64,000 nucleotides of DNA from Candidatus Saccharimonadota bacterium. GTDB lineage: Bacteria; Patescibacteriota; Saccharimonadia; Saccharimonadales; UBA4665. The translations under genes were made by a program, and so were the position numbers. Below are positions 1 to 9,368 of this stretch, piece by piece. The notes under the pieces were generated by a model that was not told the DNA's origin, did not search any database, and was given only the letters and a program-made list of their open reading frames with translations. Position 1 is the stretch's first letter, and every line of letters starts with the position of its first letter. The DNA is taken from positions 3,204 to 67,203 of the forward strand of contig DAIQON010000004.1 in NCBI GenBank assembly GCA_036787835.1, read 5' to 3'.

Positions 1-1
1 A

Positions 2-703
2 CTGGGCGAATACTACCTAGAACAGATACTAAAAAACATGTTGCCACCTGGGTCATATGCTCTTCAGTACAAGCTAAGTGACGATATTGTCGACGCAGTC
101 GTCTTTTTGGATGACATGATCTTGCCAATCGACAGCAAGTTCAGCCTGGAAAACTATAACCGCATCATTGAGGCAAAATCTGAAGATAAGCCAGCACTCG
201 AGAAAACATTCAAAACAGATCTCAAGAACCGAATTGATGAAACTGCTAAGTACATAAAAACCAATAAAGGCACCCTAGATCTGGCGTTGATGTTTATTCC
301 TAGCGAAGCTATCTACTACGACCTACTAGCCAATAAGGTTGGCTTAACTGGTGTTAGTGGTCGAAATCTAATGCAGTATGCTGCAGTAGACAAGAAAGTT
401 ACTATCGTTGGCCCTAGTACACTGTCTGCCATGCTCCAAGTGATCGTTCAAGGCCTTAGAAGCATGGAGATACAAAAAGACACCGATAAGATCCGTAAGA
501 ACATAGAACAGCTATCTAAGCACCTAATGGCCCATAATGGCTATATGCAGAAGCTAGGTAACTCCCTAGGCACTACTGTAGGCCACTTCAATACGACCTA
601 TAAGGAACTCGGTAAAATTGATAAAGACGTAGTTAAGATAGCCGAGACCGAAGCGACGGTTGAAACTATGTTACTCGAACGACCTAATCTAGATAGCGAT
701 TAA
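2..703 (+). CDS. rmuC: DNA recombination protein RmuC, C-terminal part (5' end off the left edge)
   Basis: Frame is open from nt 2 with no stop before the first Met at 38. The translated core (LMFIPSEAIYYDLL ... IVGPSTLSAMLQ) matches the RmuC family layout. TAA at 701-703. Confidence 0.8.
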   Translation: MGEYYLEQILKNMLPPGSYALQYKLSDDIVDAVVFLDDMILPIDSKFSLENYNRIIEAKSEDKPALEKTFKTDLKNRIDETAKYIKTNKGTLDLALMFIPSEAIYYDLLANKVGLTGVSGRNLMQYAAVDKKVTIVGPSTLSAMLQVIVQGLRSMEIQKDTDKIRKNIEQLSKHLMAHNGYMQKLGNSLGTTVGHFNTTYKELGKIDKDVVKIAETEATVETMLLERPNLDSD

Positions 704-709
704 GACTTT

Positions 710-2110
710 TTACTTGCGCATCAGGTCAACAATAAGCGACGCAGTCCAGGAAAAATTGTCGATTCCAAAGCCCTCACCAGTTACTGGGTCAAAGTATTCA
801 TGGAAGCCAGACTTTTTTACTAGTTCAATACTTGATTCAGTCAGGGCTTCAGCATGATCTTTAAACCCGTATCGCTTTAGACCGTCAATAATTAGCCAGT
901 TAGTGTTCATCCAGGTTGGCCCCTGCCAGTACCTTCTCGAGCTATACCAAGGGGAATCTAGAGGTACTGATGGCACAGGATAGATAGTGCCAAAACGATG
1001 CTCGTTTTCGAGCGCTTGAACGATACGGGTTGCCCTGTCCTTGGTAATGCAGCCAGCGTATAGTGGCATAAAAGCAGCGATCGATGATTCATTCAGTAGT
1101 CGATGTGAAACAAAATCACGAGAAAAATATTCCTGTGCATACTCATCCCATAGGCTGTTAAGCTGCTTTTCAGATTTGTTCATGTTGGTCAGTAGTTCTT
1201 CTGGAAGTTCATAATCTATGAACTCAGCCATCTCACGTAGCAGTGTGTTGGCTCTAATAAAGATGCAGTTGTAGGTTAGATCTTCAATAACGAACAACGA
1301 ATGGTCGATAAGGCGTTTGAAATCATAATTCTTACGTCTTAAACGTCTTTGGATATTAAAAAGGGCCATCGCTTCAACATTGGTAAGCCGTTGATCTTTA
1401 GCCACAAACTCGCCGTCTGATCTAAACCAACCAACAACGGTATCTAGCTTTACAAGACGTAGCAATCTAATCCAGCCTGGTAGCAGGTGGTCATTTAACT
1501 CATGCATCCACGGTGGGGTATTGTCGAGGCCTACTTCCCATGGATGAATTAGTAGCACAAGACCCTCATTATGTGGATCTCGCTCAGAATACAGCCATTC
1601 ATGGTATTTAATAAGGGGACCAATTACCTGTTTGTACCATATTTTACGATCTGTCTTCTTCAGCTTGGCGCCGATTCGGCTAATTGCTTCGGCTAGCATC
1701 GGTGGCTGGGTTATACCACTGGTAGATATTTCATCTGGAGCATTCGGGTTAAGCCAGCTTCGCCAAATCTTTTCATGTCGATCAAGATTTTGCGTCGGCT
1801 GACCTTTGCCACGCCAAAGTATGATACTTGGAATCATACCGTTATGCCATTGACCACGCAGCAGGCTGAGGATTTCTGCTTTAGCTCGGTCAACGTCGTA
1901 TTTGGCCTGGCCGATAGCTATAAAACAGCTATCCCATAACCATTGATGCGGATAAAGACCATTAGACGGTACTGTATGAGTACCCTTATCGTTATGCTTT
2001 AGAATGTCCATAGCTTCTTCAACTAAATCTGCTGGCGGCGCTATTTTTAAATCCTCAACTGACTTAACTTCTGGTTCCTCTGGTGCCTGATCATCTTTAT
2101 GTTTGTTCAT
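710..2110 (-). CDS. (alpha/alpha)6-barrel glycoside hydrolase, GH63/MGH1-like (debranching-enzyme or glycosylglycerate-hydrolase-like)
   Basis: 466-aa ORF with YPHQWLWDSCFIA near the N-terminus and YWQGPTWMNTNWL ... FHEYFDPVTGEG near the C-terminus, typical of this barrel family. Exact specificity not assignable. Confidence 0.6.
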   Translation of the reverse strand: MNKHKDDQAPEEPEVKSVEDLKIAPPADLVEEAMDILKHNDKGTHTVPSNGLYPHQWLWDSCFIAIGQAKYDVDRAKAEILSLLRGQWHNGMIPSIILWRGKGQPTQNLDRHEKIWRSWLNPNAPDEISTSGITQPPMLAEAISRIGAKLKKTDRKIWYKQVIGPLIKYHEWLYSERDPHNEGLVLLIHPWEVGLDNTPPWMHELNDHLLPGWIRLLRLVKLDTVVGWFRSDGEFVAKDQRLTNVEAMALFNIQRRLRRKNYDFKRLIDHSLFVIEDLTYNCIFIRANTLLREMAEFIDYELPEELLTNMNKSEKQLNSLWDEYAQEYFSRDFVSHRLLNESSIAAFMPLYAGCITKDRATRIVQALENEHRFGTIYPVPSVPLDSPWYSSRRYWQGPTWMNTNWLIIDGLKRYGFKDHAEALTESSIELVKKSGFHEYFDPVTGEGFGIDNFSWTASLIVDLMRK

Positions 2111-2174
2111 GCTAGTGAGTAATTATAGTCTATCTGTGGCTATTTTAAATAGCCATAAGCCTTAATCCACTATA

Positions 2175-2672
2175 TTACCTATAGTTAATGAATTGGACTG
2201 GGTAATCTAGGTCCTGGCTTTTAATTAAGGTTATCGCTGATTGAAGATCATTCTTGCTAGGCCCGCTGACTCTTAGGGTCTCGCCTTGTATAACGGACTT
2301 AATTTTAGGCAGATTCTCTCGAAGTAAAGCCCCGAGTTGCTTGGTCTTAGTTTGATCGAGGCCCTGTTTAAAAGGTACTTCTAATACCACTTTTAGATTG
2401 GTCGTCACTCGGTCCTTAGTGGTATCGATAACAAATTGGCTTTGACCTCTTAAGCTAAGTTTTTTTCGAATAACGTCTAGAATGGCGTCGATCTGGTAGT
2501 CGCTATTACCGGTGAGTTTGAAACCAGACCTCTGATCATTAAGCCAGTCAATAGCTGCCGGAGTATTTTTAAAATCATATCTGCTGGTGATTTCTCTTGC
2601 TACTTGGTCAAAAACATTATTGAGTTCTGACTTGTCGAGCTCGCTTACTACATCGAAACTAAAATTTGCCAT
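2175..2672 (-). CDS. yajQ: YajQ family nucleotide-binding protein (UPF0234)
   Basis: 165 aa. N-terminus MANFSFDVVSELDKSELNN..REI.SRYDFK and the length are characteristic of YajQ. Confidence 0.85.
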   Translation of the reverse strand: MANFSFDVVSELDKSELNNVFDQVAREITSRYDFKNTPAAIDWLNDQRSGFKLTGNSDYQIDAILDVIRKKLSLRGQSQFVIDTTKDRVTTNLKVVLEVPFKQGLDQTKTKQLGALLRENLPKIKSVIQGETLRVSGPSKNDLQSAITLIKSQDLDYPVQFINYR

Positions 2673-2745
2673 AAGAGCTTACACCTTATCTATAGATTAC
2701 CGACTAATATTGTCTCTTATATACTACTTCTAGTTTAACAAAAAC

Positions 2746-2754
2746 TGGTATACT
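2746..2754 (+). promoter_or_regulatory. extended -10 (TGgTATACT) ending 7 nt before the pheS ATG
   Basis: Seen directly; no SD between it and ATG 2762. Confidence 0.4.
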
Positions 2755-2761
2755 TTTTAAG

Positions 2762-3826
2762 ATGAGTGACTCTATAAATCCACAGGTACAAAAAGTTCGT
2801 GAATTATTGATGACTAGGCTAGAAGCCCTTGGCGACAATAAACGTGACGTTTTAAGGAGTGTCGAGCTCAAGTCGCTTTATGACCAACTGAAGACAGTTG
2901 AAGATAAACAAGCTCGAGCTGAACTAGGCAAGCAAATTAATGACCTTCGAGTTGAACTTGAAGCCCTAGTCAAAGAAGACCAGGGCAGTGTCGAACAGCT
3001 AGCGCCAATAGATGTTACAGCCCCATTTGATGTAAATCAGACTAGTTTAAGCCCAGACAATAGGCTGCTCGATACGACTTTGGGGAGTATTCACCCGATA
3101 ACTAAAGAGATGGATCTTATTCTAGATATTTTCTATAGACTTGGCTTTAAGGCAATTGAAACTCCAGAAATAGATGACGATTATCATATGTTTGGTAGCT
3201 TAAACTTCCCCGAAGGCCATCCAGCCAGGGAAGACTATGATACCCTGCTAACCACTCAGAAGGACTCTAAAGGTAAGCCATTTGTTGCGCCAGCCCATAC
3301 CTCAACTATGGAAATAAGGGTTCTTAAAGAGGATAAGCCTAAGCTCGAAGCTGGTGAGCCGATCGCCTACGTCATACCAGGACGAGTGTTTAGAAATGAG
3401 GACCTTGATCCACGCCATGAACACACCTTCTATCAGCTTGAAGGTGTATATGTCGGCAAGGGAATAACAGTAGCTAATTTAATGTCTACACTACAAACGT
3501 TCATGAGTGAATACTTCAAAAAAGACGTCGAGCTAAAAACTCAACCCTTCTACTTCCCATTTACCGAACCTTCTTTTGAGTTTGCTATCAGCTGTCCGTT
3601 CTGTGATAAAGCAGGTTGTAATATCTGTTCTTACAGCGGCTGGATTGAGCTACTTGGCTGTGGCATGACTCATCCTAATGTATACCGGGAAGCCGGCATA
3701 GATAGCCAAAAGTATACCGGCTTTGCTTGGGGTATCGGCTTTATGCGACTGGCAATGATTAAGTATGGGATTGAAGACATTAGATACTTCCAAAGTGGCA
3801 AACTAGATTTTTTGAGGCAATTTTAA
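2762..3826 (+). CDS. pheS: phenylalanine--tRNA ligase alpha subunit
   Basis: 354 aa. Class II core FRNEDLDPRHEHTFYQLEG and GWIELLGCGMTHPNV; followed by pheT. Confidence 0.95.
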   Translation: MSDSINPQVQKVRELLMTRLEALGDNKRDVLRSVELKSLYDQLKTVEDKQARAELGKQINDLRVELEALVKEDQGSVEQLAPIDVTAPFDVNQTSLSPDNRLLDTTLGSIHPITKEMDLILDIFYRLGFKAIETPEIDDDYHMFGSLNFPEGHPAREDYDTLLTTQKDSKGKPFVAPAHTSTMEIRVLKEDKPKLEAGEPIAYVIPGRVFRNEDLDPRHEHTFYQLEGVYVGKGITVANLMSTLQTFMSEYFKKDVELKTQPFYFPFTEPSFEFAISCPFCDKAGCNICSYSGWIELLGCGMTHPNVYREAGIDSQKYTGFAWGIGFMRLAMIKYGIEDIRYFQSGKLDFLRQF

Positions 3827-3827
3827 T

Positions 3828-4283
3828 ATGAGTGACACAATATTCGACAAGTTAATCGCTAAGCAAATACCTTCCTGGATTGTTTGGGAAGACGATAGCT
3901 ATTTAGCGTTTTTGACGCCGTTTCCAAATACCGACGGAATGTGTGTCGTTATACCAAAAACTAACGTCGGAGACTACTTATTTGATATTAGAGAACAGCA
4001 GATGCTTGGACTAATTAGCGCCTCAAAGAAGGTAGCCAAATTACTGGAAAAGGCCCTAGGAGTAAAACGAGTTGCCATGGTTGTTGAAGGTACTGGCGTA
4101 GCTTATGTCCACGTAAAACTGTATCCATTACATGGAAAGCTTGCTAGCCAAACTGATGTTTGGTCGACCCACGCTGAGTTTTATCCTCAGTACGTCGGCT
4201 ATCTTACTACCGTTGAAGGACCTAAGATGGATGATCAGAAGCTGGATGAAATTCAGGCCAAGATCTTAGAGGCTAATAAATGA
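3828..4283 (+). CDS. HIT-fold protein with degenerate histidine triad
   Basis: 151 aa. N-terminal IFDKLIAKQIPSWIVWEDDSYLAFL..P...G.CVVIPK is HIT-like, but the triad position reads YVHVKLYP instead of HxHxHxx. The start is 1 nt after the pheS stop, and its TGA overlaps the pheT ATG. Confidence 0.7.
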   Translation: MSDTIFDKLIAKQIPSWIVWEDDSYLAFLTPFPNTDGMCVVIPKTNVGDYLFDIREQQMLGLISASKKVAKLLEKALGVKRVAMVVEGTGVAYVHVKLYPLHGKLASQTDVWSTHAEFYPQYVGYLTTVEGPKMDDQKLDEIQAKILEANK

Positions 4284-6826
4284 AAATAAGCATGAGTTAC
4301 CTAAAGAACCATTTTGGTCTAGATATACCGACTGACGTTAATCAGGTAGTTGAGCGAATCGGTGCCCAACTGGGGGCAGTCGAGGACGCTGTAGTTGATC
4401 TTGGCCCAATTTACGAACCAGTTGTTGTAGCTAAAGTCGTTAGCTGCACACCTATAGAAGGTTCAGACCATCTCAGTCACTGCTTAATTGATGACGGTAG
4501 CAAAGTTAAAGACGTTGCCAGAGATAGCGACGGACTAGTTGAAGTTGTCTGTGGCGCGTCTAACGTAGCTGAAGGGTTAATGGTAGCCTGGCTTCCTCCT
4601 GGGAGCACTGTTCCTAGCACCGTAGGCAAGGAGAACTTTGTTCTAACCGTCCGTGACATGCTCGGTAGAGCTAGTAATGGAATGCTAGCTAGTGGTAAAG
4701 AACTAGCTATATCCGATAGCCATAAAGGTATATTAGTAATAGATAAGGACGCTCGACCAGGTGACAGCTTTAAAAAGCTTTATGATTTAGATGATCAAAT
4801 TATAGACATTGAAAACAAGATGTTCACTCATCGTCCGGACTGCTTTGGTCTAGTTGGGGTTGCCCGTGAACTAGCTGGCATCTTTAATCAACCATTTCGC
4901 TCACCTGAGTGGTACCAAAGTGATGAAGTCACTACTCCGAGTGGTGCGGTACCGCCAATTGAAGTGATTAATGAAATTGCTGATTTAGTACCTAGGTTCT
5001 GCGTCGTAGTTATTGACGGCCTTAAAGTGGCCGATAGCCCTATTCAAATACAGTCGTATCTGTCGCGGATGGGTATTCGCCCAGTTAATAACATTGTTGA
5101 CGCTACTAATATGTCAATGCTACTTACTGGCCAGCCACTTCATGCCTATGACTATAAGAAGCTTCAATCAATGAGCAAAGACCCAGCAAAGCCACGCCTA
5201 ACCATCAGAAATCCACGCCCTAGTGAATCTCTAGAGCTATTAAACTCAAAGACCGTCAAGCCTAGCAGTGATTCAATCGTTATAACCTGCGACGACCAGA
5301 TTATTGGTCTGGGCGGAATAATGGGTTCACTAAACTCTGAAGTCGACCAGTCAACTGAAACTATTGTCCTCGAATCAGCATGTTTTGACATGTACTCAAT
5401 TAGACGGAGCAGTATGGAGCTCGGTGTCTTTAGTGATGCTGTTACACGCTTTTCTAAAGGCCAATCCCCGCTCCAAAACAAAATTGTACTAGCTAGTACT
5501 ACAAAGATAATTAGTGAGCTAATCCCTTCTGGTAAAATTGCCTCTGAAGTAGTTGATGTCAATAAGTTAAGCCAGTTAGAAATTGCCAGAAACAGCGTCC
5601 ACCCAGAAATCACAATTAACTCTAGCTATATAAATGATCGGCTGGGCAGCAAGCTTAACGTTGATCAGATTGCCAAGCTTTTAACTAATGTCGAAATGGA
5701 AGTTGAAGTTCAGGCTGATGAACTAAAAATAAAGGCTCCATTTTGGCGAACAGACCTTGAAATTAGGGAAGATGTAGTTGAGGAAGTCGGTCGCTTATTT
5801 GGCTTTGATAATATATCCCCAGTTCCTATTCAAAGAAGCTTGGTGCCAACTCCAAAGAATGAACTGCTTGAAGTTAAGTCAAGGGTACGCGAACTATTAG
5901 CCAGGGGTGGAGCTAACGAGCTTCTGACTTATAGCTTTGTCAGTAAACGGATCATCGAGAACGCCTCACAGGATACAGCTAAGGCATTTGAAATCGCTAA
6001 TTCACTAAGTCCTGAGCTTGGCTATTATCGGCTTAGCTTGACCCCCTCACTTCTTACCAAAGTTCACCCTAATATAAAGTTGGGCTATGATGAGTTCACT
6101 TTGTTTGAGCTCGGTACTAGACACCAAGCCGATATGTTTAGCGGTAGCGATCCCGATGAGCCACATGAGTACCAGTCTCTTGGTATAGTTTATGCAGCAA
6201 ATTCGTCTTCTAAGGACCAAGGAGCGCCATACTACAAGATAAAGAACTATCTAAGCTTTCTAATTAACGAGTTTAACCTGAAAGACATTAAAACCGTTCC
6301 ATTTACCGATAATGATGTGGTTCAGGGTAAAATATGGGCCCAAGTTGCTAAACCCTATGAAACTAGCCGCAGCGCCTTCATCGTGTCTGGTGATATTGTG
6401 GTTGGAGTAATAGGCGAGCTTAAATCGTCGGTTAGGGCTAAATTCAAGCTACCTCGTAGGGTTGCGGCCCTCGAACTTGACACAAACGTCTTCTTGGATG
6501 CAACGCGGTCTCAAGCCTACAGCCAAGCTTCTAAGTACCCTAGCGTTAAACAGGACATAACCCTAAGAGTCCCTAGCGACTCTGTCTTCGATGATCTAAA
6601 TACTAAGCTACACGAAAAGCTGAGAGCCTTAGCTCCTGCATCAGCCACATTCGATTTCGAACTATTTAGTATTTTCGCCAAAGATGGTGATCCAAAGTTT
6701 AAAAACTACAGCTACCACCTAACCATCGCCGACCACGAGCGAACATTGAGCGATCAGATTGTAAATAACCTTCTAGACGAACTCACTCAGTACGCAAAAT
6801 CCGAGCTTGGTAGCGAAAGAGTTTAA
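4280..6826 (+). CDS. pheT: phenylalanine--tRNA ligase beta subunit
   Basis: 848 aa with N-terminal tRNA-binding domain, B3/B4 and B5 regions and a C-terminal anticodon-binding-like domain. Sits in the pheS operon. Confidence 0.95.
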   Translation: MKISMSYLKNHFGLDIPTDVNQVVERIGAQLGAVEDAVVDLGPIYEPVVVAKVVSCTPIEGSDHLSHCLIDDGSKVKDVARDSDGLVEVVCGASNVAEGLMVAWLPPGSTVPSTVGKENFVLTVRDMLGRASNGMLASGKELAISDSHKGILVIDKDARPGDSFKKLYDLDDQIIDIENKMFTHRPDCFGLVGVARELAGIFNQPFRSPEWYQSDEVTTPSGAVPPIEVINEIADLVPRFCVVVIDGLKVADSPIQIQSYLSRMGIRPVNNIVDATNMSMLLTGQPLHAYDYKKLQSMSKDPAKPRLTIRNPRPSESLELLNSKTVKPSSDSIVITCDDQIIGLGGIMGSLNSEVDQSTETIVLESACFDMYSIRRSSMELGVFSDAVTRFSKGQSPLQNKIVLASTTKIISELIPSGKIASEVVDVNKLSQLEIARNSVHPEITINSSYINDRLGSKLNVDQIAKLLTNVEMEVEVQADELKIKAPFWRTDLEIREDVVEEVGRLFGFDNISPVPIQRSLVPTPKNELLEVKSRVRELLARGGANELLTYSFVSKRIIENASQDTAKAFEIANSLSPELGYYRLSLTPSLLTKVHPNIKLGYDEFTLFELGTRHQADMFSGSDPDEPHEYQSLGIVYAANSSSKDQGAPYYKIKNYLSFLINEFNLKDIKTVPFTDNDVVQGKIWAQVAKPYETSRSAFIVSGDIVVGVIGELKSSVRAKFKLPRRVAALELDTNVFLDATRSQAYSQASKYPSVKQDITLRVPSDSVFDDLNTKLHEKLRALAPASATFDFELFSIFAKDGDPKFKNYSYHLTIADHERTLSDQIVNNLLDELTQYAKSELGSERV

Positions 6827-6828
6827 TT

Positions 6829-7278
6829 ATGAGAACTACCTCTCGGGCGATAGTAATAAAAGACGATCAGCTACTAGTTATGGAGCGGAATAAGTTTGGC
6901 CATAAGTACATAGCGTTAATTGGAGGCGGCGTCGATCCAGGAGAAACTCTTGAACAATGCTTAGTTAGAGAGCTCAGAGAAGAAGCGACTATTGAGATAA
7001 AAAACCCAAGACTGGTAATTATTGAAAATGCTGGTAATGTCTATGGAACGCAGTACATTTACCTTTGCGACTGGATAAGCGCCGAACCAAAACTATCTCC
7101 TGATTCTGAGGAAGCCATAATCAGTAAAGCCGGCCAGAACCTATATAGTCCTAAGTGGCTACCCTTAAGCGACCTAGAGAGCTCGGTGTTTATGCCCAAT
7201 GAACTCAAACTGTTACTGATTGAGATGGTAACAAGTGGCTTTCCCGATGTCCCAGTGAAGCTTACAATAAATAGCTAA
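6829..7278 (+). CDS. NUDIX hydrolase
   Basis: 149 aa with Nudix box GGGVDPGETLEQCLVRELREEATI (Gx5Ex7REUxEE). Starts 2 nt after the pheT stop. Confidence 0.85.
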   Translation: MRTTSRAIVIKDDQLLVMERNKFGHKYIALIGGGVDPGETLEQCLVRELREEATIEIKNPRLVIIENAGNVYGTQYIYLCDWISAEPKLSPDSEEAIISKAGQNLYSPKWLPLSDLESSVFMPNELKLLLIEMVTSGFPDVPVKLTINS

Positions 7279-7335
7279 TTACGATATAATTAATAACGGA
7301 ACAAGAGATAAACAGGAGGGTTTAACTTTAAAACA

Positions 7336-7908
7336 ATGACTAATAAACGTCAGCGTGCTTTTGCACTTTTCGGAGCGATACTATTTTTAATAACGTCATC
7401 ATTTTTAACGATTGCATTCATTATTTCTAATATGGAATCAAAAAATAATAGCGGATCAAACACCGCGAATAGTCAAGCTAGTCAGACCGCAGCTAGTAAA
7501 ACTAGTGCGTCACAAAACACATCAACTTCTAAAGCTAAATTAGCAGGGACTAAAATGGAAAACTTCACACCAACCGACAGCGTAACAACATTGCAGAGTA
7601 CTGATCTTGTAGAAGGCACCGGCCAAACAGTAAAAGCTGGTGATAAGGTCACCGTCGACTACACCGGAGCTGTAGCAGCAACCGGCATTATTTTCCAGAG
7701 CTCGCTAGATACCGGCCAAACAGTATCTTTTGGACTTAACCAAGTTATCCCAGGCTGGACCCAAGGAGTTCCTGGTATGAAAGTTGGTGGGACTCGACGT
7801 CTAGTTATCCCAGCCAATCTAGCTTATGGTGCCAGCCCACCTTCAGGTTCTGGTATTCCAGCAAATGCACCACTAGTTTTCGACATTACCCTTCATTCAA
7901 TCAACTAG
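7336..7908 (+). CDS. membrane-anchored FKBP-type peptidyl-prolyl cis-trans isomerase
   Basis: N-terminal hydrophobic helix, a Ser/Thr/Ala-rich linker, then an FKBP core (VTVDYTG ... FGLNQVIPGWTQGVPGMKVGGTRRLVIPANLAYG). Confidence 0.85.
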   Translation: MTNKRQRAFALFGAILFLITSSFLTIAFIISNMESKNNSGSNTANSQASQTAASKTSASQNTSTSKAKLAGTKMENFTPTDSVTTLQSTDLVEGTGQTVKAGDKVTVDYTGAVAATGIIFQSSLDTGQTVSFGLNQVIPGWTQGVPGMKVGGTRRLVIPANLAYGASPPSGSGIPANAPLVFDITLHSIN

Positions 7909-7995
7909 AATTTCCTACAATCCTGAAAGGTGTAAGAGTACTTTAAAAATAGCTTCTTTAGAATGATTCAAAAAGACCGTCAAATGTACTAAATT

Positions 7996-8011
7996 ACACA
8001 ATATATAGCGT
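7996..8011 (+). promoter_or_regulatory. NrdR-box-like palindrome 1
   Basis: ACACAATATATAGCGT matches the published NrdR-box consensus acaCwAtATaTwGtgt at 15 of 16 positions. Confidence 0.45.
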
Positions 8012-8027
8012 ATTGCATTTAAGTCAG

Positions 8028-8043
8028 GCGCTATATATAATGA
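8028..8043 (+). promoter_or_regulatory. NrdR-box-like palindrome 2 (overlaps -10 TATAAT 8036-8041)
   Basis: GCGCTATATATAATGA matches the consensus at 12 of 16 positions. It starts exactly 32 bp after box 1, the usual tandem spacing. Confidence 0.35.
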
Positions 8044-8106
8044 ACTGTACTAGATCGTTATAAAACATATAAACAACGAATTATTAATTAAAAAAGGGTC
8101 AAAAAT

Positions 8107-8355
8107 ATGCCAAAACAAGTCACTATTTTCACTACTAACACCTGCGGCTACTGCCAGATGGTCAAAAAGTATTTAGGAGCAAAAGGTGTCGGCTACAATG
8201 AGGTCAATCTTGACAAAGAGCCAGGTAGACAAGATGAAGCACTTAAGCTATCTGGTGCTTTAACTGTTCCAGTTACAGTCGTAACTAAGTCCGATGATAG
8301 CCAGGAAGTAATTGTTGGCTACAACTTAGCTCGTTTAGCACCAGCAATTGCCTGA
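8107..8355 (+). CDS. nrdH: glutaredoxin-like protein, NrdH/YruB family
   Basis: 82 aa with CGYC redox motif at residues 13-16, TVPV cis-Pro motif and C-terminal VGYN..RL. Sits upstream of trxB, and NrdR-box-like sites lie upstream. The symbol is tentative. Confidence 0.65.
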   Translation: MPKQVTIFTTNTCGYCQMVKKYLGAKGVGYNEVNLDKEPGRQDEALKLSGALTVPVTVVTKSDDSQEVIVGYNLARLAPAIA

Positions 8356-8417
8356 AAAAAAGAAAAAAGTCGTATATAATTAGACTTCGTATTAACCGTA
8401 TAAGGGAGTAACTACCT

Positions 8418-9359
8418 ATGGACCAAGCTCAGAATAAGGTCTATGACTTATTAATTGTCGGCGCTGGTCCAGCTGCCCTGACTGCTGCTATATATACGAC
8501 TCGAGAAGATATATCTACTGTACTATTTGAAAGAGGTGTAATAGGTGGCCTTGCAGCAGTAACCGATAAGATAGATAACTACCCAGGATTTCCAGACGGA
8601 GTTGAGGGTCTAACGCTAGCCGATGACCTACGTAAGCAAGCTGAACGATTTGGTGCAGTTATTGAGCTGGGTGAAGTCACCAACATAGTAGATCACGGTA
8701 AGACTAAGACGATCATCACTACTGACGGTGACTACACGGCAAAAGCTGTACTTATTGCTACCGGGTCAGATTATAAGAAGATTGGTGTGCCTGGCGAGCA
8801 AACATACTATGCGCGCGGCGTACATTATTGTGCGACTTGCGATGGAGCCTTCTACCGCGATAAAAGACTGGCTGTAGTTGGTGGTGGAAACTCAGCTGTT
8901 CAAGAAACAATCTTTTTAACTCGCTATGCTACGCATATAGACCTCTTAGTTCGCTCTAAGCTACGAGCTAGTGACGTTTTAATTAAAGAACTAGATGAGT
9001 ATGTTAAAAACGGTAAAGTCACAGTCCATCTTAATACCCCAACCGAGGAAATCGTCGGTGTAGATAATAGCGTAGTCGAAGTTAAGGTAAACGAAGACGG
9101 CAAAGCTGGCATTATCAAGATTGATGGTGTGTTTATTTTTGTCGGACTTCTACCAAACTCGCAATTTGTTACTAAGCTAGTTGATATAGACGACATTGGT
9201 TTTGTTAAGACAGATGAAAACTTACACACATCAATGAAGGGTGTATTCGCTGCCGGAGATATTAGAAGCGGAGCGACTATGCAAATTGCCTCTGCTGCCG
9301 GCGAAGGAGCCACCGCAGCCTTAAAAATTAGAGAATTTCTCGAAGGACACGAGTCCTAA
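8418..9359 (+). CDS. trxB: thioredoxin-disulfide reductase
   Basis: 313 aa with GAGPAALTAA FAD motif, CATCDG redox centre and GGGNSA NADPH motif. Confidence 0.95.
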   Translation: MDQAQNKVYDLLIVGAGPAALTAAIYTTREDISTVLFERGVIGGLAAVTDKIDNYPGFPDGVEGLTLADDLRKQAERFGAVIELGEVTNIVDHGKTKTIITTDGDYTAKAVLIATGSDYKKIGVPGEQTYYARGVHYCATCDGAFYRDKRLAVVGGGNSAVQETIFLTRYATHIDLLVRSKLRASDVLIKELDEYVKNGKVTVHLNTPTEEIVGVDNSVVEVKVNEDGKAGIIKIDGVFIFVGLLPNSQFVTKLVDIDDIGFVKTDENLHTSMKGVFAAGDIRSGATMQIASAAGEGATAALKIREFLEGHES

Positions 9360-9368
9360 AACCTCGTT

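Noticed and set aside
5164-5613. 149-aa minus-strand ORF inside pheT (also 4477-4659).
   Set aside because: It lies entirely antisense to a strongly conserved gene. The translation is low-complexity Ser/Leu/Ile-rich with no start context. This is a typical shadow ORF.
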